Below are positions 17,523-27,600 of a stretch of 64,000 nucleotides of DNA, one piece after another (the stretch's first letter is position 1; the number at the start of each line of letters is the position of its first letter). The translations under genes and the position numbers were made by a program. Location: contig JBGAGH010000003.1 of NCBI GenBank assembly GCA_044226825.1, forward strand, positions 133,976-197,975, written 5' to 3'. The stretch is from Cyclobacteriaceae bacterium. GTDB taxonomy: Bacteria > Bacteroidota > Bacteroidia > Cytophagales > Cyclobacteriaceae. Below the pieces are notes generated by a model. That model was not told the origin of the DNA, did not search any database, and saw nothing but the letters and a program-made list of their open reading frames with translations.

Positions 17523-18533
17523 ATGAATGCTCCACTTCAAGCGACCGAACAACAAGTCAACGAACTCATCCAAGCACTTCAAAATCTGAAGCGTGAGATC
17601 AGAAAAGTCATCGTCGGACAAGAAGATACGGTCGATCAACTTTTGATCACCTTTCTTGCGGGCGGCCACGCGCTGCTCGAAGGTGTACCGGGTCTGGCGA
17701 AAACGCTGATGATCAGAACTCTCTCAGAAGCTGTTCACCTAAAGTTTCGACGAATCCAGTTCACGCCAGACCTGATGCCTTCGGACATCATTGGAACGGA
17801 AATCTTGGAAGAAGACCACACGACGGGAAAGAGAATATTCAAGTTCAATAAAGGGCCTTTGTTCGCCAACATTATCCTAGCCGACGAAATCAACCGTACA
17901 TCACCGAAGACACAATCGGCATTGTTGGAAGCCATGCAAGAATTTGAAGTTACCTACGGCGGTGTCACCTACCCACTCGAACGTCCCTTCTTCATCCTGG
18001 CCACTCAAAACCCGATCGAACAAGCGGGAACCTTTCCCCTACCCGAGGCGCAACTCGATCGATTCCTATTATACATCAGGATTGGGTACCCGAGCGCCGA
18101 GGAGGAACGTTCCATCTTGGAAAATACGACGGGCAAACGTTCGGTCCAGATCGAAAAAGTAATCACGGGCCAACAGATCGTCGAAGCGCAAAAGCTAGTC
18201 CGCGAAGTACACATCAGTTCGGATCTCGTTCAGGTCGTCTCCGACACCGTTCGAGCCACACGCCCCGATCAAACGCCTGTTGGGAAAGTAAAGGAATGGG
18301 TTCGGTGGGGCGCAGGACCGCGGGCAGGTCAAGCCATGATCCTCACCGCTAAAGCACGCGCATTGCAAAACGGCAACTTGTCGGTAACGCGCGAAGACAT
18401 CGCAAAAGTAGCGTACCCAGTGTTGAGGCACCGTATCTTGATGAACTTCCGCGCCGAGGCCGAAGGCGTAAAGTCCGACGACATCACGAAGGCAATCCTC
18501 GAGCATACGCTCGCCTTGCATAAGACTGTTTAG
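17523..18533 (+). CDS. MoxR-family AAA+ ATPase
   Basis: LLEGVPGLAKT Walker A, RIQFTPDLMPSD, LADEINR Walker B, ATQNPIEQAGTFPLPEAQLDRF. Confidence 0.95.
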   Translation: MNAPLQATEQQVNELIQALQNLKREIRKVIVGQEDTVDQLLITFLAGGHALLEGVPGLAKTLMIRTLSEAVHLKFRRIQFTPDLMPSDIIGTEILEEDHTTGKRIFKFNKGPLFANIILADEINRTSPKTQSALLEAMQEFEVTYGGVTYPLERPFFILATQNPIEQAGTFPLPEAQLDRFLLYIRIGYPSAEEERSILENTTGKRSVQIEKVITGQQIVEAQKLVREVHISSDLVQVVSDTVRATRPDQTPVGKVKEWVRWGAGPRAGQAMILTAKARALQNGNLSVTREDIAKVAYPVLRHRILMNFRAEAEGVKSDDITKAILEHTLALHKTV

Positions 18534-18534
18534 C

Positions 18535-19431
18535 ATGAAGCAAGAAATCAACGATCTGCTGAAGCCCGAGCTACTCAATACCGTGAATGGTCTTGAGCTA
18601 GTCGCGCGCATCGTCGTTGAGGGTTTCATGAGCGGCAGCAACCGAAGCCAGTCGATAGGCGTCGGCTATGAATTTAGCCAGTACCGGAGCTACGAACCCG
18701 GCGACGACCTCCGCTTGTTGGACTGGAAGATGTACGGTAGGTCTGAAAGATACTACATCAAGCAATCGGAAATCGAGACCAACATCACCGTTAAATTCAT
18801 CCTCGACGCCAGCAAGTCGATGGAGTATAAAGAAAAGAGCATCAGCAAACTTCAATATGCCAAGGTGATGGCCGCTGCGCTCGCGTACCTGGCGCGAAAG
18901 CAAAGTGATACATTCGGTTTATACGTGGTCAACGAACACGGGTTAAAGATGATTGAGCCCCGGTTCGAACAACAGCAATTCATGCGGTTTCTAAACGAAC
19001 TCATTGCTGCAAAAGGCGAAGGCGGCTGGGGAAAGGGAAAAGATATCGAAGCACTCCATCATCATGTTGGGAAAGAAGTCATCATTTTCTTTACCGACCT
19101 GTACGATCATGGAAATGATCTTCAGCAGTTTATAGCCAACCTCAAGACAAGTCGTAACGAAGTAATCGTATTTCAAATCATGGGCTACGATGAAATAAAC
19201 TTAGAAACCGAGGGTGTCTTTACATTCGAAGACTTGGAAACGGGCCAACGCATGAAAGTCGACACCGTTGCCCAACAGAAAGCCTATCAGTCAAAGGTCG
19301 ATGAGTGGATACAGCAGTCTAAGTCGTGGATGCTGGAAAAGCAGATCGACTACCAACTAGTGAAACTCAATCAACCGGTAGAATCGGTCATCGCTAAATT
19401 TTTGAATAGTCGTAAACGGCTCCTCCGGTGA
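18535..19431 (+). CDS. DUF58 domain (vWA-like) protein
   Basis: EFSQYRSYEPGDDLRLLDWK; LDASKSM MIDAS-like motif; follows MoxR. Confidence 0.92.
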   Translation: MKQEINDLLKPELLNTVNGLELVARIVVEGFMSGSNRSQSIGVGYEFSQYRSYEPGDDLRLLDWKMYGRSERYYIKQSEIETNITVKFILDASKSMEYKEKSISKLQYAKVMAAALAYLARKQSDTFGLYVVNEHGLKMIEPRFEQQQFMRFLNELIAAKGEGGWGKGKDIEALHHHVGKEVIIFFTDLYDHGNDLQQFIANLKTSRNEVIVFQIMGYDEINLETEGVFTFEDLETGQRMKVDTVAQQKAYQSKVDEWIQQSKSWMLEKQIDYQLVKLNQPVESVIAKFLNSRKRLLR

Positions 19432-20621
19432 CCTTTTTGAATCCCGCATATCTTTGGGCGCTTTCCGCACTCGCCATCCCAGTGGCGATTCACTTGTTGA
19501 GTCGCAAAGAGGGCCGCGTCATTCGTGTGGGCTCCTTGCGACATGTTGAGGAATCGAATACCAGTCAATTCAAATCCATTCGCCCCAATGAGATATTGAT
19601 TTTCATCCTTCGGGCACTCATGTTTATATGCATGGTGTTTTTCCTCGCCGGAGCGCAATGCACATCGTCCGACCCATCATCTTCTCGATGGCTTGTCGTG
19701 GAAACAGGTATCGACAAAGACCCGATTTACCGACCAACCATCGATAGTCTCGTCAAGAACGGTTTCGAACAACACTTTCTGGCGCCCGGGTTTCCGTTGG
19801 AAGCGCCTTCCGGCGTCGTTCCCAATTATCGCATGCTGGCACTCGACCTCGGCACTCTTGGGTTCGAAGTGGTCGTCATCTCGTGGTCGAAGGCCAATCG
19901 ATTCTTAGGAACGCGAATACCAATCCCTCCCAATGTGCGATGGATTACCGCCGACCACGCGCCGATCACGTATCCAGCCTATGCACGCCAGTTCGGCGAT
20001 AGCCTACTCACTCGAACAGCCACTTCGTCCGGAGCTGGTACAAACTATTCCTCTCAATTTGAATTTGGACCGGGCCAAGACACCTGGCGAGATTCCATTG
20101 CAGTCGACAAACCAATTTCACAGCGTGTTCACTTGTTTGCCGATGCAGACCATGAAGACCTGAAGCGAGTATTTGACGCTGCCCTTTCAGTGCTCAAAAA
20201 AGACTTTCACTTACCCGTGGTCGTGACAGACGATGCCGCCTCCGCGGATTGGGTTTTTTGGTTAAGCGACGCGCGTCCCAAGCTTCCCGCAACGGTTCAC
20301 GCAGCCCTGCTCGATGCCCAAGCGTCAGGTCCGATTTTCGAGCAGACAGGGCCCAATACGTGGGCAATCCGACAGCTCAAGGATCGAAGTGATGCAATTC
20401 GTCACAATCTCGTCTTAGAATTGTACCGACTGATGTATTCAGCGGAAAAAACCGATCCATCGGATGTGCGTTCACTACCCGAAGCTATGGCATTTTCGAA
20501 CGTGTCGTCAACGGACCAATCCAACCCGACGCCGACGCGCGATCTTGCCGCGCTATGGATCTCGATCCTTTTGGTGACCCTCAGTCTTGAACGTTGGCTT
20601 TCGTGGAAAAGGAATCAATGA
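19428..20621 (+). CDS. BatA N-terminal domain membrane protein
   Basis: MTFLNPAYLWAL...IPVAIHLL double-TM N-terminus; C-terminal TM ending LERWLS; GTGA overlap with DUF58. Confidence 0.85.
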   Translation: MTFLNPAYLWALSALAIPVAIHLLSRKEGRVIRVGSLRHVEESNTSQFKSIRPNEILIFILRALMFICMVFFLAGAQCTSSDPSSSRWLVVETGIDKDPIYRPTIDSLVKNGFEQHFLAPGFPLEAPSGVVPNYRMLALDLGTLGFEVVVISWSKANRFLGTRIPIPPNVRWITADHAPITYPAYARQFGDSLLTRTATSSGAGTNYSSQFEFGPGQDTWRDSIAVDKPISQRVHLFADADHEDLKRVFDAALSVLKKDFHLPVVVTDDAASADWVFWLSDARPKLPATVHAALLDAQASGPIFEQTGPNTWAIRQLKDRSDAIRHNLVLELYRLMYSAEKTDPSDVRSLPEAMAFSNVSSTDQSNPTPTRDLAALWISILLVTLSLERWLSWKRNQ

Positions 20622-22879
20622 ACGGTTTGTCGACGATATCAAAAATCAAGGCACGCTACCTCCGGTTACGATGGTTGGAGGTTGTCCTGTTTGGCGCCGC
20701 CGCTGCCACTTTATGCGTGATGGTCGCCTGGCTTTTTCACACACCGTTGTGGCTAGCGATCGGAATAGGTGTCGCCATTGGTATTGGCGTTGGTATGCAA
20801 CGGGCTTTTGCGCTAAAGCTCCATCAAGTTGACAACCTGCGAATCTCCTTTTACCTGAATCGGTTTTATCCTCCACTCAAAGACAGCAGCGATCTGTTGG
20901 TGAAAGATGTGAACACTTTATCCAAGCTTGAGCAAATCCAACTTCAAAGAATGGATCAAGCGTTGAACGACATCCTTCCCTCCATTCAGCTACCGAATCA
21001 ACTAAGGCTTGCGTTGGGATCGGTAGCTGCCTCGGTCGTCGTCGCGCTTGCGTGTTGGTATTGGCAACCGAATGTGGGAACGACGCCCGGCGCATCATTG
21101 ACCACAGCAGAACCGCCTGCGTCAGAGCCCACGGACGCGAAGGCAACGATCGATCCGCGCATCAAGCGTGTCGAGGTCGAAATCACTCCGCCTGCCTACA
21201 CCGGGTTACCCAGCAGAAAATCCAGCGCCCTTTCCTTTCATGCACCCGAGGGAAGCGTCATCACTTGGACCCTATCCTTTCACCACGCTGTCGCCGCCGC
21301 AAAGGTAGTGATGACCACTGGCGACTCGGCCGTTGCAAATCGTGGCGGCGAGACCGTAACGCTACGCACCGTCGCCCGTGCCACCGCAATTTACCGCCTA
21401 CAATGGCAAATAGAAGAGACATGGCACGCGTCGGACTACGCCCGCGTTGAAGTTTTGCCTGATCAAGTTCCAAGCGTCGTCGTCAATGACCTACCACAAT
21501 TCACGAAACTAAAATGGGGGGAACGGAAGTCAATCGACGTGAGTTCGCGGCTTCAAGACGACTACGGTTTGACATCTGGGCATGTCATTGCAACCGTTAG
21601 CAAAGGCAGCGGAGAATCCGTGAAGTTCCGCGAAGAGGAAATTCCCTTCACAACGCCGGTATCAGGAAAGCAAACGACCGGAAAGCTTACCCTCGATTTC
21701 CAAAAGTTGGGAATGGAACCCGGCGACGAAGTCTATTTTTATGTGGAAGCATTCGACAACAAGTTACCTCAACACCAAAGAAACCGAACAGATACCTACT
21801 TTATCGCCCTCCAAGACACGGCACAGCAGGAAATGGTGATGGATGAAGGACTCGGCGTCGACTTGATGCCCGACTACTTCCGGAGTCAACGTCAGTTGAT
21901 CATCGATACAGAGAAACTCCTCGCCCAACAAAAAAAGATCAGCACCAAGCAATTCAACAGCACTAGCAACGAGCTTGGGTACGATCAGAAAGTATTGCGT
22001 CTCCGCTACGGCCAGTTTCTAGGTGAGGAGTTTGAGACATCCATAGGGGAATCTGCCGTCGCCGAACAGGAAGAAGGCGAAGACGCAAAAGATGAAGACA
22101 TCATGAAGAAATACGGCCATCAACACGACACGGAAAACGAGCACAACTTGGTGGCTGACAAAAAGGCGCCGGAAACCGGTCATCAGCACGAGAACGAAGA
22201 GGATAAAAATGATCCGATGGCGGCGTTTCGACATGATCACGACAGCGAAGAGGAAGCAACCTTCTTCACACAGTCTATTAAGGCCAAGCTTCGCGCAGCG
22301 CTTACGTTGATGTGGGATTCGGAGCTACAGCTTCGCATGTTCAAACCAAAAGAATCCCTCCCGTATCAGTATCAAATTCTTAAGTTACTGAAAGAGATAA
22401 GCCAAGACTCGCGCGTGTATGTCCACAGAATGGGATTCGACCCACCACCCTTGAAAGAGGAGCGACGCCTGACCGGTTCGTTGGATGAAATCAAACCCTC
22501 GCAGACCGTACAAGATCCGACAGAAGCCGAAACGCTTCCCGCCATCCGCCGGGCACTCTCAGATATAGCGAAACTGCTCGAGCACGGACAAATCACGATC
22601 TCCGAAAATCAACGACTACACCTACAACAAGCAGGAGACGAGCTGGCATCCGTCGCCCTAACAAGTCCCGGGAACTACCTCAGGCAATTATCCGAAATCA
22701 AATCAATCGTTGAGGGGAAAGTGAACATGAAAGAAGCCACTCCTGTGCTTCGGTCCATTCAACAAGCGTTTTGGAGCGTGCTCCCGAAAGAGGCCCTCTC
22801 CCCTGCCCGAACACAAACCGGTGGCCATACATTGGACGTGAGATTGATGGATGAATTGAAATCGAAAGCGAATGAGTGA
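20618..22879 (+). CDS. Large membrane-anchored protein (DUF4175-like) with His/acid-rich tract
   Basis: ATGA overlap with the upstream stop; N-terminal TMs, ITPPAYTG, DDYGL, PGDEVYFYVEAFDN, MPDYFRSQRQLIIDTE. Confidence 0.75.
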   Translation: MNGLSTISKIKARYLRLRWLEVVLFGAAAATLCVMVAWLFHTPLWLAIGIGVAIGIGVGMQRAFALKLHQVDNLRISFYLNRFYPPLKDSSDLLVKDVNTLSKLEQIQLQRMDQALNDILPSIQLPNQLRLALGSVAASVVVALACWYWQPNVGTTPGASLTTAEPPASEPTDAKATIDPRIKRVEVEITPPAYTGLPSRKSSALSFHAPEGSVITWTLSFHHAVAAAKVVMTTGDSAVANRGGETVTLRTVARATAIYRLQWQIEETWHASDYARVEVLPDQVPSVVVNDLPQFTKLKWGERKSIDVSSRLQDDYGLTSGHVIATVSKGSGESVKFREEEIPFTTPVSGKQTTGKLTLDFQKLGMEPGDEVYFYVEAFDNKLPQHQRNRTDTYFIALQDTAQQEMVMDEGLGVDLMPDYFRSQRQLIIDTEKLLAQQKKISTKQFNSTSNELGYDQKVLRLRYGQFLGEEFETSIGESAVAEQEEGEDAKDEDIMKKYGHQHDTENEHNLVADKKAPETGHQHENEEDKNDPMAAFRHDHDSEEEATFFTQSIKAKLRAALTLMWDSELQLRMFKPKESLPYQYQILKLLKEISQDSRVYVHRMGFDPPPLKEERRLTGSLDEIKPSQTVQDPTEAETLPAIRRALSDIAKLLEHGQITISENQRLHLQQAGDELASVALTSPGNYLRQLSEIKSIVEGKVNMKEATPVLRSIQQAFWSVLPKEALSPARTQTGGHTLDVRLMDELKSKANE

Positions 22880-24605
22880 ACCTTGGATCCTTTGGAACCC
22901 GGTGTTCCCCGCTTCGCTTGTCATTGTCGGCGCGTTCATCGGGCTAGTCGGCCTACTTTTTTTCGAGTACCGTCGAAAGATCAAGTACCGCGCAGGGCGG
23001 ATGCTGGCACAGTTCCTCTTCGTTTGCTCCATCACATTACTAATTCTACGTCCTTCTTGGCCAAGTGCCCAACCTCAGAAAGGTTTTTTGCTCCTGACAA
23101 ATGGCTACGATCCCGCGCAAGTATCCTCAATCCTTGGGGAGCACCCGGCCCTAGAACCGGTTTCGATGCCCGACGCGAAGCCCTACCCAGACGCGAGAGC
23201 ACTAAAGTCGTATCACGAACTTGCGTCGATGGGTGATCGGGTGGCGACCGTCGTGGGACATGGACTTCCTAGCTGGGCGTTGGGCTTGATTCAAAAACCT
23301 GACTACACGTTCGCTCCTTCGCCAACCAAAGGTATTTCACGATTAAATGTCGACAACAGGCGATTGGCCAATCGCTGGAACACCATCGAGGGTACGTACA
23401 CTGGAGATCAACCGGCGTGGATTCGGCTGCGCGGACCAGCGGGGATCGAAGACTCGATTCAAGTAACTCCGGGTGAGTCTCCATTTACCCTAAACTTTTT
23501 CTCCAAGTCCGCAGGCCATTTCATGTACGAAGTGACAACACCCGATGCCAACGAACCGCTTCCACTCTACATTGAACCCGAAGCACAACTGTCGGTGGTG
23601 ATCATCGTCGACTATCCGACCTTTGAAACACGGTATCTGAAAAACTTCTTGGCATCGAAAGGGCACCGCGTCACGATTCGCACCCGAGTCTCGAAAGAGA
23701 AATTCAAATTCGAATTCGACAACATTACCCCTCATGAATTCAAGCAGTTGAATGACCAACTGCTTTCGACAGCCGACATCTTGGTGATCGATGCACGCGC
23801 GTTTCAGTCACTGAACTTTGGCGAACAAAAATCAGTGCGCGCCAACATCGTCTCGGGTTTAGGTGTGGTGCTGCTCCCGGACCCGTCGATCAAGAAGGGA
23901 CCGGAACTACTGTCTTTTGCGCCCACAAACGACGTGGATACTGTATCGATCAAATTGCCACGTGCGAATGTGATTCGTCTACCCAGCGTGCCGCTCCGGC
24001 CCACCGCGCGGATTGAAACCATCGCCTCCTCCACCAAAGGAAGGATCATGACGGGCTACCAGATATCGGGGCTCGGAAAAATAGGGTTCACCTTACTAAA
24101 AGAGACCTATCAGCTCGGGTTACAATCCAAAGGCGACGACTACTCGCTGCTTTGGGTCCCACTCTTTGAAAAATGTGCGCGAACGAAAATCGATCCTTTC
24201 CAAATCAAGGTACTCACACCATTTCCCAGGTATACCGACGCGCCCATCGACATTGAAGTCTTATCGAATGGAAAAACACCGCGCGTTTCGATGGATAGTA
24301 TCGATGTCCCGGTATCCGAAGACCTCCGAATTGACGATGTTTTCGATGCTCGGATTTGGGTCGCCAAACCGGGATGGCACGAACTTAAGGCCGACTCCAC
24401 AACACAATGGTTGTATGTAGCGGCTCCCGAGACCTGGTCTACCGTAACTGCGGCGGAGAATATGAGGGTCACGTCGCTGCACGCTTCCGCCGAATGGCAC
24501 GAACGGTCGCCCGAACCGGTGCACAACCATGGGCTTCCCACCGTCATTCTCTTTCTGATTTTTGTGGGCTCTTCCGGGTTTTTGTGGCTGGCTCCGAAAC
24601 TTTAA
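22872..24605 (+). CDS. Membrane protein of the MoxR/DUF58 cluster, function unknown
   Basis: Overlaps the upstream stop; two N-terminal TMs and a C-terminal TM (LFLIFVGSSGFLWLAPKL). Confidence 0.8.
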   Translation: MSEPWILWNPVFPASLVIVGAFIGLVGLLFFEYRRKIKYRAGRMLAQFLFVCSITLLILRPSWPSAQPQKGFLLLTNGYDPAQVSSILGEHPALEPVSMPDAKPYPDARALKSYHELASMGDRVATVVGHGLPSWALGLIQKPDYTFAPSPTKGISRLNVDNRRLANRWNTIEGTYTGDQPAWIRLRGPAGIEDSIQVTPGESPFTLNFFSKSAGHFMYEVTTPDANEPLPLYIEPEAQLSVVIIVDYPTFETRYLKNFLASKGHRVTIRTRVSKEKFKFEFDNITPHEFKQLNDQLLSTADILVIDARAFQSLNFGEQKSVRANIVSGLGVVLLPDPSIKKGPELLSFAPTNDVDTVSIKLPRANVIRLPSVPLRPTARIETIASSTKGRIMTGYQISGLGKIGFTLLKETYQLGLQSKGDDYSLLWVPLFEKCARTKIDPFQIKVLTPFPRYTDAPIDIEVLSNGKTPRVSMDSIDVPVSEDLRIDDVFDARIWVAKPGWHELKADSTTQWLYVAAPETWSTVTAAENMRVTSLHASAEWHERSPEPVHNHGLPTVILFLIFVGSSGFLWLAPKL

Positions 24606-24607
24606 CG

Positions 24608-27481
24608 CTATTCGCCCGCCTTTCCACGAACCAGGTGAACCCATCCTTTTATCTCTTGAAATTCCTGCGAGGGGTCAGACGTTAAGAATTGCACGTCGGC
24701 ACGGTAAAAATACACACCCGCCGGAACCTCACGCCCCTGGTTGTCGTGACCATTCCACCGGATATAGATGCTCCGCTCCTTGCTATTCACTAGTTCATAG
24801 ATTTTCTTACCCCACCGATCATAGACTACAAAGTCAACATGAAGGACAAACCGGGCACATTTCGACGGGTCGTCATCCCGTTCACACAATGCTGGTTGGT
24901 CGGGATCTCCATAAGCAGCAAAAACATCGTTGCAGCCGTCGCCATTCGGTGTAAACACGTTGGGCAACTCATAATGGGGACAATTGTCGAAACAGAATGC
25001 CTCGCTTAGTTCGCTCTTGTTGCCCGAGCGATCGATGGCCATCACTTTGTAGCAGCGGGCGAACGACTTCAGATTCTCATTTCGATCGACAAAGAAAGTA
25101 TCTCGCACATTGGTCGCGTACTCAATAAATTCGTCGCCGGCCTGGTCCGCAACAAAAATGGAATAACTCGCCACGTCGTTCCCGCAAGTATTGGTCGGAC
25201 GATTCCATCTCAATGTATTGGAGTAGCTCTGGACCCCGCAGCCTGCCTTATTGGGATCTTCGCAAGCGCTTCCAATCAGGTCCACGGCTAGCGTCGGGGC
25301 ACATGGAGGGGTCTCATCGTTCAACGTCGCACAGATTCGCTGCGAATAGTTGAGCAGGGGCTCTTGAACTTTCGGATTACCATAGGCGCCCCGCGTGAGG
25401 ACACGGTAACAATACTGTTTGTCTTTTGCTAACGGGAATCCAGTCCTCGTTCCGTCATCCACAAAACGGAACCCGTTCGCATTCACGTTGACTTCCCCTA
25501 TCAATTGCAGTTGGCTATCTGCTACGCCTTCATCGCGTCGGTAAATGGAATGCAACGGAAACTGGTCAGTCTTGTTCGACCATGGAACATCGGCCGCCCA
25601 CGTCAACTCAATCCGGTTGACCTGCGGTCGCAACTCCAACCTGACGCTCGAGGCGGCAAACGAAGTATCGATACGCTGGTTGTTCGCGTCAAAGGCAACG
25701 ATTCGGTAGTTATGAATCTGCTGGTCCGTATTGATGCCCCGGTCCTGATAGGTGACTGATGTCAATCGTCCCGGATGGGGTTTCACCATACCGATACGAC
25801 CATTGATTCCTTGCGAACGAAAAACTTCATAGGTGTAAGGCGGTGGGAACTGCACTACGTCCGCATCGAATGGCGGGGTCCACTGCACCGTGATCACGCC
25901 ATTGGCCATATCGGTCTCATCGACGGTGACGTTCGTTATCACCGGCCGGTCAGCCAGTATCGGATCGACGCAAATTTCTTGCGACACATAGCTCTCCCCT
26001 CCGTTGGGCTGGGGATAGATCGCTAGTAAGCGATAGCAATAACTGGCTCCCGGCGCGAGGCCCTTTCCGCCGTTTGTGTCGAGAAAGGTGGTCTGCCCGA
26101 TCGGCAATTCCGACACGAGGGAATAACCTAAAAAGGCTGGGATCCCGGTCACGCACGCAGGCGGCTCGTAGGGAAATTGGTCCACCCTCCTCCACACCTG
26201 GATGGTCGTGGCGTTTTGACACGCATAGGGAGTCCACGACAAACTTGCCTGTCGCGTACCAGGATTGACTGTTGCGGATTCCCACTTGGGCGCGGGGCCC
26301 ACCACGGTGATGTTCCAGGTCTTGAACTGTGTCAGCCGCACGCCACCCTTACGTGGCCGGTCGGTGATCTTGAATGTGACCTGGTAGGGCTCGCGACGAA
26401 CATGCTGACAATCCGTTTGCCAATCGAATGAAACACGCGCGGGCGCCGATGGGCTCGATGACAACCAACGCGGCGACGGGCTGATGCGCGCCGGCGATGG
26501 GTTCACAATCAATGCCTGCGAGAAAGCTTCGATCATCACACTGTCGGCGTCTGGGTCGAACCCAAAAATATCTTCCGTGATCTTGGTTCCCGCTTCTACG
26601 CAGACGTCCTGTGGCACTGTCAATTCAGGTCTCTGGTTGTTACAATCTTCCACGAGAATTTGCATATCGCGTTCCACATACCCCAACAAAACGTAGCGGC
26701 CATTGACTTTCCGCCACTCCTTGATGAGGAATGCGATGTTGTATTCTCCTTGCATACCCGGCGCGTTCCAAATGATAGTTCCTGTGGTGGGGTTGATTGA
26801 AAACTCGGGACGCCCACTCTGATCTTCGTTGCCAATCGGATACTGGCCTGCGAGATAAAACTCGGGCGAATTGGGGTCGCGATAGTTGACCACGTTTTGA
26901 CCTAAACCCATCTTCGGAACAATCAACTGATACGACAGGCTGTCTCCGTCGATGTCGTACGCACCTGGGTTGTGATACCAGGCCGACCCCACACACGCTT
27001 TATCGATTGGGGGCACAAGCAGTTGCGGCGAATTGTCGCAACCCACGAAGGGGTTGATCTCGATCGATGTTTCAATATAAAAGAGAGTCGAGAGCGGATT
27101 CGCGATATTGACCACGCCTCCGTTGCGATAGGGCTCCGAATAGCGGATTAGGTACCGTCCCGGACCCGCATAGGTGTGAAGGACACTAAACGTGGCCATA
27201 CCCATGTTTAGACCGAGATCTGGTCGCGGCGTCGTGGGCGTATCGGGCACCTCCACCCACGTGCTGTCGCCAAAAAAGAGGAGCTCGCCGGGGCCTCCAA
27301 AATGCACACCCGATTCAGTGTCGATGTATACCGTCACCTTGATGAGATAGGTTCGATCTAAACAACTCACGCGCGTCGCCGTGATCTCGCCGGCGCGCAA
27401 GTGCGTAGCCATGGCTTCGCCTCCCACAAAAAGGGTGATGCAAAACAATAGAACCTGGTAGAAGCGATTCAATTTACCCAT
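24608..27481 (-). CDS. T9SS type-B (gliding motility-associated) CTD protein
   Basis: Likely start is ATG 27481; signal peptide then ATHLRAGEIT; C-terminal ELPNVFTPNGDG...VYDRWG...GVYFY. Confidence 0.88.
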   Translation of the reverse strand: MGKLNRFYQVLLFCITLFVGGEAMATHLRAGEITATRVSCLDRTYLIKVTVYIDTESGVHFGGPGELLFFGDSTWVEVPDTPTTPRPDLGLNMGMATFSVLHTYAGPGRYLIRYSEPYRNGGVVNIANPLSTLFYIETSIEINPFVGCDNSPQLLVPPIDKACVGSAWYHNPGAYDIDGDSLSYQLIVPKMGLGQNVVNYRDPNSPEFYLAGQYPIGNEDQSGRPEFSINPTTGTIIWNAPGMQGEYNIAFLIKEWRKVNGRYVLLGYVERDMQILVEDCNNQRPELTVPQDVCVEAGTKITEDIFGFDPDADSVMIEAFSQALIVNPSPARISPSPRWLSSSPSAPARVSFDWQTDCQHVRREPYQVTFKITDRPRKGGVRLTQFKTWNITVVGPAPKWESATVNPGTRQASLSWTPYACQNATTIQVWRRVDQFPYEPPACVTGIPAFLGYSLVSELPIGQTTFLDTNGGKGLAPGASYCYRLLAIYPQPNGGESYVSQEICVDPILADRPVITNVTVDETDMANGVITVQWTPPFDADVVQFPPPYTYEVFRSQGINGRIGMVKPHPGRLTSVTYQDRGINTDQQIHNYRIVAFDANNQRIDTSFAASSVRLELRPQVNRIELTWAADVPWSNKTDQFPLHSIYRRDEGVADSQLQLIGEVNVNANGFRFVDDGTRTGFPLAKDKQYCYRVLTRGAYGNPKVQEPLLNYSQRICATLNDETPPCAPTLAVDLIGSACEDPNKAGCGVQSYSNTLRWNRPTNTCGNDVASYSIFVADQAGDEFIEYATNVRDTFFVDRNENLKSFARCYKVMAIDRSGNKSELSEAFCFDNCPHYELPNVFTPNGDGCNDVFAAYGDPDQPALCERDDDPSKCARFVLHVDFVVYDRWGKKIYELVNSKERSIYIRWNGHDNQGREVPAGVYFYRADVQFLTSDPSQEFQEIKGWVHLVRGKAGE

Positions 27482-27541
27482 CACGGTCAGCCAATGACTC
27501 AACGCCAAATCGTGTCGAATAATATGAGGCTTGGATACAAT

Positions 27542-27574
27542 AAAAAAGCTCCGCCCATGTGGACGGAGCTTTGT
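27542..27574 (-). terminator. Intrinsic terminator after the flotillin gene
   Basis: Minus strand AAAGCTCCG...CGGAGCTTT plus TTT. Confidence 0.8.
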
Positions 27575-27600
27575 TGAGGTGAAAATCAATCGCGGGAAAA

